From the NCBI GenBank assembly GCA_951406725.2, contig OX597816.1:63674001-63738000 (forward strand): DNA of 64,000 nt, given 5' to 3'. Positions 52,323 to 64,000 of the stretch are shown one piece after another; within the stretch, counting starts at the first letter, position 1, and every line of letters begins with the position of its first letter. The position numbers and the translations under genes are program-made. The stretch is from Octopus vulgaris. Its lineage: Eukaryota. A model generated the notes under the pieces. That model saw only the letters and a list, made by a program, of their open reading frames with translations, was not told the DNA's origin and ran no database searches.

Positions 52323-52640
52323 GTGAAAAGAGGAATAAGCCAGGCAATAGGTCCATATGAGGAAATTCTTGCAACACTAAAGAAACGCAAGCTCAGGTTG
52401 TTTTGGCATATTGCCCGCTCATCAGGGGTGGCCAAAACTATTCTTCAGGGAACTGTCAAAGGTGGCAGACGCAGAGGCAGACAGAGAAAGTGGTGGGAAA
52501 ACAACATCTGTGAGTGGATAGGCCTAAAGATGAGAAAGGCAGAAGACAGAGATGGGTGGAGGGATCTGGTCGCAAAGTCATCAGTGGTGCCCCAATGGTC
52601 AACCAAACTACGACATATGTAATGTAATAATAATGAGCTG
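52323..52640 (+). pseudogene. RTE-clade LINE 3' fragment
   Basis: LATLKKRKLRLFWHIARSSGVAKTILQGTVKGGRRRGRQRKWWENNICEWIGL..AEDRDGWR. Confidence 0.88.
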
Positions 52641-52943
52641 GCCAGTAGTTCAATGTATTTCTGAAAGTGACCATAACAAGTGAGTGTCTGTGGATATTGC
52701 AGAAGGAATGGAAAAAAGGCAGTATCTTTTTTACGGGCCTCAATGGTTTTCTCTGCAGTGTGAATACCTTTCATCGATATACACACATATATGCAAACAT
52801 ATGCAATCTCATACACTCATATATACAAGAGAGGTTTCTTGAAAGTTCGGAAGCTGATTAGTTTTTAAATAAATCAGTAGACTTATTTTTGTGCTGCCAT
52901 CTCGTTATGTTTGTCGGGCTCAAAATTTTTGGAGGACTCATAC

Positions 52944-53000
<57 letters not shown>

Positions 53001-53129
53001 TGTACATGCACTGGCACAATTTCATTATATCAATGAAAACTAGTGACCTACTGCAAAGCGTGTAAAAAACCCTGGCATAACATTAGCTTCATTCTGATGT
53101 TTCAAATTAATTACATCGGACTCTCTCCT

Positions 53130-53475
53130 TAATTGCTTCAGTCATTTGACTGCGGCCATGCTGGAGCACCGCCTTTAGTCGAGCAAATCGACCCCGGGAC
53201 TTGTTCTTTGTAAGCCCAGTACTTATTTTATCGGTTTGTTTGCCGAACCGCTAAGTTACGAGGACATAAACACACCAGTATCTGTTGTCAAGCAATGGTA
53301 GGGGAACAAACACAGACACACAATCATATACACACACACATATATACACACACATATATACGACGGGCTCTTTCAGCTTCCGTCTACCAAATACACTCAC
53401 AAGGCTTTGGTCGACCCGAGGCTATAGTGGAAGACTCTCGCCCAAGATGCCACGCAGTGGGACTGAAACCGGAGC
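53130..53475 (-). mobile_element. SINE family A copy
   Basis: Reverse-complement family A blocks. Confidence 0.85.
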
Positions 53476-53846
53476 CAATTAAGAAATACTATAAAAGATT
53501 AGTAAAAAAGACTACAGTCAGAGTGTAGATTTAATACTATCATGTTCTTAAGATTGAAATCAACCTCTCTGTCTGTATATCTACTCTCTTTATAATGTTG
53601 GCAATCGAAATAGGGATAAGAACGTGCATGTCCGTTTGATTGGAAAATTTCTATAGGTGGCTGAAGATTGCTCGGCATTTTAAAACTGATGTAATGCTTA
53701 CAGTGTTTAATAAAATAAAGTAGCATGAAACGACCGTACCACATTACCTCGGATATACTTGTTGCTTATTTTGATATAAATACATATATATATATATATA
53801 TTTATATATACATACACATACATAAATACATACACGCATACATATA

Positions 53847-53910
<64 letters not shown>

Positions 53911-54384
53911 TATATATATATATACATGTATATATATACATACATATATATATGTATATATATATATATACATGTATATATATATGTATATATGTGTATA
54001 TATATATATGTATATATATGTATATATGTATGTATGTATGTGTGTATATATATACTTGATAGAAGCTTCCCTATTGTTTTCACCTACCTAATATCATCTA
54101 CAAAACATTATTGAGAACCAAAGTGTGGTGGAAGAACTTACCCGCAGTGGTGCGTTGTTCAACTGGACCCAGGACCAACAGGGTGGTCGTAAACCGCATC
54201 ACCATGCAGGATTCCATAAATAGTTTGACATGCAAGAATAAGACATTTTTGCGATACGAGATACGAGTGTGAGCTTTTGGTTCCTGATTGCAAGTTCCCA
54301 GTAGAAATATATTAGAATAAATGCGTACAAGCAAGTAAATCAGATACACATACACACACATAAAACAAATATGCATGCATATAT

Positions 54385-54636
54385 AGTGGTAAAAAAGCGA
54401 AGTTCTTTCTTAAAGGACGGTTTCTCGGTTTCCATGACGTATGTATTCCCAACCTGGTCGGGGACGAGGGAGGGACCGTCGCACGGTTACTCATTTTCAC
54501 CAGCTGAGTGAACTGGAGCAACGTGAAATGAGAGATTTTGCTCAATAACACAACGCATCACCCACTCCAGGAATTGAAACCACAGTCTGATGATCATGAG
54601 TCCAACACATTTAACCACAAAGCCACGCGTCTTCAC
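54385..54636 (-). mobile_element. SINE family D with tail type 3
   Basis: Minus strand: GTGAAGACGCGTGGCTTTGTGGTTAA..GGTTTCAATTCC..TTGCTCCAGTTCACTCAGCTGG..GCGACGGTCC..CCAGGTTGGGAATAC..GGAAACCGAGAAACCGTCCTTT. Confidence 0.75.
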
Positions 54637-54657
54637 TATGTATCACTCTCTCTCTCC

Positions 54658-56646
<1,989 letters not shown>

Positions 56647-56651
<5 letters not shown>

Positions 56652-56935
56652 CAGTATAACTCGGCCTTGCTCGGGTTTGTGTTTTTAGTTGCGTTTAAAA
56701 CGGTAGACTTACACAGCAGTGAAAAGATCGTAAAAAAAATAAGGATTTTCATAGAAAAAAAGCAACTTTTTATGTAAATAATTTTTCGGTTTTAACGGAA
56801 TGAAGAGCAAGCCTTCTTCTATCATACTCTCAATTTTGGTCAACTTGCAACGCAGGGTCTCAGAGGAGATAGTGTTAGTTGAAGGCTACCAAACCTGCTA
56901 CACACACAGACAGCTTCAGCTTCATATATATAAAT
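56647..56935 (-). mobile_element. Non-autonomous Helitron
   Basis: Minus strand ends ACCCGAGCAAGGCCGAG (subterminal hairpin)-TTATACTG-CTAT (CTAG-like). The 5' end TATATATGAAGCTGAAGCTGTCTGTGTGTG is typical of short Helitrons. Confidence 0.65.
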
Positions 56936-57389
56936 ATACACTTACATACAAATATATTATTCTACCTATATTGTATAATACACATATTGCCTCAGCTTTC
57001 TTATATGTAATGACTCACTCATAAGAGCTGAATATTGAAACAGATTGTAAACAATACAGCTGTTTAAACATTTGCTGTACACTACAGGTGTACTGAAAAG
57101 TGGTGGAGAAACAACACAATGTATATCAGAAGGTAGCATACCAAATGTCTATTGAAATTGCTCCACACAGCAGACCTAAGCACTACAAGTCAAAAATCTG
57201 CGTACAAATTCGCATATTTAAATAGCTATGTTGTTTACAATTTGTTATAATATACAATTTTGAGCAGCTTGTGGATGCGTCATCTACGTAAGTAAATGAA
57301 CGAAGCATAGTAGGTATTATAATGTATTATATTACATAACTGGAATAATGATAATGCTTCTACACAAGCAAATAGAGCACATAGTGCAA

Positions 57390-57444
<55 letters not shown>

Positions 57445-57459
57445 TATTATTATTATTAT

Positions 57460-57670
57460 TATTCTTTCTACGATAGGCTCATACCCTGAAATTTTGTGAG
57501 AGCGGGCTAATCGATTAAACCAACCACCGTGCTTAACTAGCACTAATTTCATCGACTGGGAAAGAATGAAAGGCGAAGTAGACTTCGGTGGAATTTGAAA
57601 CCAGAATGGAGAAATGGACGACATGCCACTAAGCATTTTGTTCGGTGATGGGAACGATTCTGGCGAGCTG
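57460..57670 (-). mobile_element. Degenerate SINE family B
   Basis: GAAAGAATGAAAGGCGAAGTAGACTTCGGTGGAATTTGAAA. Confidence 0.7.
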
Positions 57671-57719
57671 GCAGAAAGAAAAACTGTCGCCACTTCATTG
57701 CGACAATATCTGTTTGTTT

Positions 57720-58170
57720 AGGTCAGGTCGAGGCGCATATGCACTCTGCTGCCAAACAGATATACCCTTCATGTAATATTCGGCTATTCACTAAAAGACA
57801 GGCTATCTAATATCGACCTGCTTAGCAAGTGTAAGATTGGTGCCATCAAGAGCTTCTTTAAGCAGTCGCAATGTGAGGAAAGAATGCCTAAAGTTCTCAT
57901 GTACAACTAGCTTAATAGTGGACACAGGAATATTGGTCGACCATGGCTTATATATAAAGACAACCTGGAGAGTAACCTCTCAGCAGTCAACAGAGCTCAC
58001 AACACCTTTGAGCAAACAACCTTGGAGCGAACTTGTATAAGAATCTTTGTTTCAACCAGCATTAACAGGCATAAGGGTGCAACGCGAAGAGGAAAAGCGA
58101 CTACAAATATACCACATGTAATGGCACGTAATCCTCATGCTTGCAACATCTGCAAGCTTCTTTGCAAATA
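57720..58170 (+). pseudogene. Degenerate RTE-clade LINE C-terminal fragment
   Basis: Manual translation: LLSKCKIGAIKSFFKQSQ..ERMPKVLMYN*LNSGHRNIGRPWLIYKDNLESNL, resembling RTE RLPKxxLYGELxxGxRxxGRPxLRYKD. Confidence 0.7.
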
Positions 58171-58490
58171 GTTCTGTATGTATGTATGCATGCATGTATG
58201 TATGCATGCATGTATGTATATATCTATGCATGCATGCATGCATGCATGTACGTATGTATGTAACCTATATGGATGATACATTTACACAGGGAAAATTTAA
58301 TTATTTCTCCGAATATTGAAGAAATGATGAACAGTCTTAATCGATTTTCGAACCTTATTGGACTCTCATCAGAGGTGTCAACATCAATTTAACTAATCCC
58401 AAAGAAACTAGCAGCCAATCCGTTTATATAATCAACAAATCAGCTTATATGCATGTGTGCCTGTATATATATTGACACACACAATTTCCT

Positions 58491-58522
<32 letters not shown>

Positions 58523-58710
58523 GCACACATATATACATACATACATACATACACACATATATGCTTGTTTATTAGCTTTGTGTAACCGACGAAGTCGATG
58601 AAAATACAAATACTGTTTACTTCTAAGATTTGCTGTCGAAACCAGGCTTCACAGAAGAGACTGTAAATGGTAAAACAGTAAATATCCACTACACACGCAT
58701 AAATTTATTC

Positions 58711-58797
<87 letters not shown>

Positions 58798-58799
58798 TA

Positions 58800-58832
<33 letters not shown>

Positions 58833-58833
58833 T

Positions 58834-58898
<65 letters not shown>

Positions 58899-59524
58899 GC
58901 ACTTAAATATATGATAACAATCGGACAGGAAATATATATTCGTGACACGAAACATAAAGAAAGCTACAAATACCCAACGGCATTTATTATAAGAGTGATT
59001 ACTAACTTGAATTTAAAAAAAAAAAGCAAACTATAATTGAAATTAATTGAAATTACTTCTTGTCATCGAAAAACTCAGTAATCGACCTCTTATTCATGAA
59101 AATGACAAATGTGTAGCTTATTACAAACAGCAGGATCCATATATTTGTGTATATATAATCACAGACACACACACACACACGCACACACACATCCACACAC
59201 ACACATACACACAAACATGCACACACACACACACACACGCACAACATTAATTCAGTTATATTGATAAAATCTCTGTAAATGCAGTGAAAATAATATTTCG
59301 GTGTATTGAATTTTGCATAAATAAACAGAAAAAAATTCGTATTTCTGCGTTTTATATATAAAAATATACATATTGATGTGGTTACAATGAGGAAAACAAA
59401 ATACATCCATGTAAATGTATATATCAAATATATTAAGGATCCTTAAACAAGGTTCTTTCGTTCCGAGAGAAAAATTGATGTACAATAAACACGTGTGTCG
59501 TTCTTACCTGGGAATATAGCTGAA

Positions 59525-59558
<34 letters not shown>

Positions 59559-59618
59559 TGTATGAATACACACACACGCACGCATACATACATATATATA
59601 TAGGCCTATATGTGTATG

Positions 59619-59666
<48 letters not shown>

Positions 59667-59873
59667 ACGGTGATCTAGCACGAACGCAGTTAACTGACTG
59701 AATGAAATAGAAGTAAAAGAAGAATATGTAAATATAAACATAGATATATAATACATACATACATGCATACATAAATACATACATATACACACACACACGT
59801 ACATACATACACACATACATGCATAAATACATACATACATATACATACATATATATATATATATAGATATATA

Positions 59874-60805
59874 TATTAGGCGAGAAAGAAAGTATTGTCT
59901 CATTTCAAGTGCTTCGTTGGTTCTAATTGAAATATTTAATGGTGATAATATTTTCCCTCATTCTTGATAACATGATCCCATCTATTTGACAAACTGCTGA
60001 TCTTTCAGGCGTAAAATTCTTCAGCTTTCGAAGCATGGAAGCGCCCAATATCAATTTTAATCTCTTCACAATTAATAAACCGTTTTACGTCTGAATAACG
60101 ATGCAATGATCTGGAAAGACGATAGTCAGATGAGCAAAGTGACGAGAATAAGAACGATGAGACCAAATCTCAGTCTCTTCTCCTTTCTTAGTGCCTTTGG
60201 CAATATGTGGTTCTGCGTCATTTCTTAAGAGGAACACTCTTAAAATTCACCAACGATCGGCGCTTTTTCTACAGAATTTTGTACAATTTTACTTGCCGAC
60301 AATATTTCTCTCCATTGACTGTTTCGTTTTGGTTTAACGCATCATATCCCACCAAACAAAGAGTATATCTCTTTTCTTGTGTAATCCTGGCTTTGTGGGG
60401 TAGATACTTCTTTCTTACTGAGCACTAACCATTGACGTTTTCCTTTTGGATATTACTGTAGAGAATCTACCTTTCATTACATGTTATGACTGAACACGCG
60501 AAAGACTCGGTAGCAAGTCTATTCTTCAACAACGATTAGAAGACACATGTTTGATTAAAATAAGGCGATGTCAGATTATGAGGTGTCCTCTGACCAAGTT
60601 TAAACACTTTTCGTACTTCATGATGGCGTTTTATGAATGAATTGTAACTTGAATTACACTGTTTTGTTCAGTCTCATGAAGTCTGCTTTTGATTTGCCTC
60701 AATTACGATTTTCGGAAGCTCAGTATTGATAGACTTTCGACATACAAATGGCGAGAAAACTTTGAAAGAAAAAATTCCCGAGCTAAAAGAGCCAAACCAT
60801 TGTTG
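59874..60805 (-). pseudogene. Heavily decayed mariner transposase with 3' TIR
   Basis: Minus-strand pieces: QQWFGSFSSG, VIEANQKQT, KLGQRTPHNL, ITCNER*ILY, KRKRQWL, KPGLHKKRDILFVWWDM, NDAEPH, SSDYRLSRSL, EEFYA*KISSLSNRWDHVIKNEGKYY. TIR-like TATTAGGCGAGAAAGAAAGTATTGTCTCATTT at 59874. Confidence 0.8.
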
Positions 60806-61182
60806 ATATGGCCAGAATTCTGATGCAAAGAACTACTGCCAATGTGACCAAGGCTATACTTGAGGAACTTGTGTGGAGCTGGAGGTGCTACCTCATCTTG
60901 CCTATAGATCAGACCTTGCATCATCAGATTTCCACGTTTTCCGATCCACGGCACATTGCCTGCAGGATAGGGACAAAAAAAGGTGGATTATGTTGAAAAT
61001 GGGCGTTGGGAGTTTTTTCTTTTGCTTCTAAACAAGCCAAATGCTATAAGCATGGAATTGAACTTCTGGCGCAAAGATCACAGCATACAATAGAATTATG
61101 ATGGGATATATTGTGTTGTAGAAACACTTTCTGTACGCAATTTACGTGAAATACGAAAAGAAAATCATCGACTAATTCTAAT
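60805..61182 (+). pseudogene. 3' fragment of a second mariner
   Basis: DMAR..TANVTKAILEEL..LEVLPHLAYRSDLASSDFHVFRS..FASKQAKCYKHGIELL, a decayed form of the YSPDLAPSD motif region. Confidence 0.75.
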
Positions 61183-61316
61183 ATGTATATAAACACGCAC
61201 AAACGCTCGCGCACACACCCTTCCACAAACAGATATATATATATGTATATTACATACATACATACATACACACATACATACATACATACATACATGCATA
61301 CATGCATGCACACACA

Positions 61317-61391
<75 letters not shown>

Positions 61392-61467
61392 GTTAAACAG
61401 GACAGCAGTCATTAAGGCAAGCAAACGTCTCAAGTCGTACACAGTATTATTATAGGAAGAAATTCAA

Positions 61468-61525
61468 AATCTTACAGCTGTTTCTTGGATATCTCCGAGT
61501 ATGGGATATTCCATCATCAGAGACT
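61468..61525 (-). ncRNA. Minimal hammerhead ribozyme in an inverted PLE terminal repeat
   Basis: Minus strand: AGTCT-CTGATGA-TGGAATATCCC..GGAGATATCCAA-GAA-ACAGCTGT(palindrome)-A-AGATT. Confidence 0.75.
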
Positions 61526-61526
61526 A

Positions 61527-62151
61527 CAATTTGACATGAATAATTACTCTGCCTCTATATCACATATCCTTCTTTAAAAGGCTCTTACCTTAGTTAAAAA
61601 CATAACCGACATAACCTCGTTTGAAATTGATGTAATTCTATCTGCCAGGTAGACCCGCATATCCTTCGAAAATAAGCTTTTTTCCCACGGTAATCTCAAC
61701 ACTAACAGAAGCAACTTCTTAGATATTACCATGGGCTTATCTGAGTCCACTCAGGTCACAGATCTAGTCGGATTGTTCCCCCTTCAACACAATTGCCCCA
61801 TATCAAAGGGGGTTTATACAGGGATGATGCATTGTTAATTACAACCGGTCTAACAAAATATGCATTAGTAAAAACTGGAAAACACAAAAGCTCTTCGCCA
61901 ACTTTAACCTATCAATCTCTTTCGAAAACTCTTATAGGACAACAGATTTTCTAGATGTTACTTTAATTTTTCACTATACTACCCATATCATAAACTCAAT
62001 CAATACCATCAGCACAGAATCTAGTCACCATAAATCTACTTTCTAGAGCATAATCAAAGGCATATTCATCAAAATATCCGATCTATAAGCCAATGAAGAA
62101 TTCTTCAATAACTACGCCAACTACTATAACCAAGCTCTAGCAGCTAGTGGA
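61527..62151 (+). pseudogene. Naiad-type Penelope-like reverse transcriptase relic
   Basis: QFDMNNYSASIS..KALTLVKNITDITSFEIDVILSAR; LDITMGLSESTQVTDLVGLF; GGLYRDDALL; DFLDVTL; YPYHK; ESSHH..ISDL*ANEEFFN..YNQALAASG. Confidence 0.8.
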
Positions 62152-62371
62152 AGAACATTAAATAAAAGTACAATCCAGATGTATATATTCTAGGACCTAG
62201 GTTTCGAACTTGCCAAGTTATGTTTGTTAACGTAAATTTGATTAGTTCTCTTCCGCTAGATTCACCGAGACAAAATTTGGAATGCTGGTACTGTTGTGGC
62301 AGTATACTCGTCTGAACGCCTGGCCGTTAACAGACCGAGAACAGTGAAAAAGATTTCAAACAAAAAATTGT

Positions 62372-62434
<63 letters not shown>

Positions 62435-62436
<2 letters not shown>

Positions 62437-62730
62437 GTGTCACTCAATCGGTTACGACGACGGGGGTTCCAGTTCATTTCGATCCACGGAGCAGCCTTTT
62501 CGTGACGTTAACGTGCAAGTGGATGTGCACTCTACAGATGTGCGTACCTTTAGACATAGTTCTTAGTGAGATTCAGCTTGACAATGAGGGTGAGAAAGCT
62601 GACCATTCGAAATGCAGGTACAACTCATTTTTGCCAGCTGAGTAGACTGAAGCAATGTAAAAGGAAGTGTCTTGCTCAAAGACACAACACACCGTTGGGA
62701 TTCGAACTCACAACCATAAAATCGTGAGAC
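62435..62730 (-). mobile_element. SINE family D carrying the tail-type-4 segment
   Basis: Reverse-complement head (GGATTCGAACTC, GTGTCTTGCTCAAAGACACAACAC, CATTTTTGCCAGCTGAGTAGACTG) plus the segment shared with 47512-47625. Confidence 0.75.
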
Positions 62731-62937
62731 GAATATCATAAACGCTAATCTTCTTTCTTTCTTTCTTTCTTTCTTTCTTAGTATACATAAGGTAAAAGTT
62801 TTTATTTTTCATTCCCTTCGAAAATTGCTCTTAAATATAGCTTTGGTCGTTTTGGCTGCTTCTTCTAGCTTGTAAAATTACCTGTTATAGGTAGTTTCTC
62901 TTGCGTTTAAATGTACACCATTTTATATTGAGCATAA

Positions 62938-63003
<66 letters not shown>

Positions 63004-63004
63004 G

Positions 63005-63421
63005 CTTTTATTCTTTTAGTTGTTTCAGTCATGTGACTGCAGTCATGCTGGACAACCGCAGAGAAGGACTTTAGTCGAACAAATCAAACCCATGACTTAT
63101 TTTTTTAAAGCCTAGTACTTATTCTATTGGTCACTTTGGCTGAACGCTAGGTTACGAGGGCGTAAACACACCATCATGTTTACCAAGTTGTGTTGCGGGG
63201 GTCAAGCACAGACAAAGATATACACACGCACACACACATGCATATATATATATATATATATATATATACGAGGAACTTCTTTCAGTTTCCATCTACCAAA
63301 TCCACTCACAAGGCTTTGGTCAGTCTGAGGCTATAGTAGAAGACATAGCCCGAGGTGCCACGTAGTGGGACTGAATTCGGAACCATGTGGGTGGGAAGCA
63401 AGCTCATGCCACACAGCCACC
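63005..63421 (-). mobile_element. Full-length SINE family A
   Basis: Reverse complement of head, core and tail. Confidence 0.88.
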
Positions 63422-63573
63422 GTAAATAGTTTATGCTATACCGAAAAAAACGAAATAATTTTTTCTTTAAATGTCGTTCTAAATATATCGTTTTTGATAA
63501 CTTCCTATGATAATACAGAACTCAGATATTTCAATTGACGTTTTCAAATTGCATTACACATGCACAGAAGCAG

Positions 63574-63618
<45 letters not shown>

Positions 63619-64000
63619 CGCATTTCTAGACAAAAATTAAAAGTATTTCTTACAAATTCAACTTGACTAATTGATTTATATTTATGGTGAACGCACAGGA
63701 TAGAATTAATGCCCTCGCGCCTGTACAAAGATAAATCGTGATGAGATATACAATTTAGTACTCAATGGCAGGAAATATATTCTTCTGTATTTAAGACGAA
63801 TGCATTAATGTTATTCTCTGATTATTATTCTGTAAAAAGCAAAACACAGTAAACATTTTATATGATCAACGATCACTGATTGCTTTACATTTAATTGGTT
63901 TTATGTGTACAGTTATTTCACTTCTTTATATTTATATTATAGAACTCTTTCACTTGTATGTGAATTTGATATTAGCCATATTGTAAGCAGATTGCTTTTT

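Noticed and set aside
52822-52945. Possible short mariner-type MITE
   Set aside because: Putative TIRs are too degenerate to call by eye.

Overview
AT-rich, microsatellite-dense eukaryotic non-coding DNA (intergenic or deep intronic). No host protein-coding gene could be recognised; most ORF-track entries are translated (AT)n/(AC)n/(ATAG)n repeats. The repeat families resemble the tRNA-derived SINEs of octopus/cephalopods (inference from recalled families, not searched). Supported content: many copies of at least four tRNA-derived SINE types; a frameshifted Penelope-like element (RT + GIY-YIG, ~19.1-22.0 kb, minus); a Naiad-type Penelope RT relic (~61.5-62.2 kb); a Tc1 pseudogene, several mariner relics, a Tc1-type MITE and a non-autonomous Helitron; and 3' fragments of R4/Dong, Hero, RTE and Tx1/L1-like LINEs. 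Most interesting: (1) a tRNA-Arg-like-headed SINE whose tail carries a minimal Penelope-type hammerhead ribozyme and which occurs in Penelope-style inverted arrangements; (2) a ~2 kb ORF1-only (HAL1-like) retroelement inserted with a ~17-bp target-site duplication into the tRNA head of a SINE, with a 3' motif resembling that of another SINE family and a LINE end; (3) combinatorial head-by-tail swapping among SINEs. Coordinates of degenerate repeats are approximate and were read by eye.
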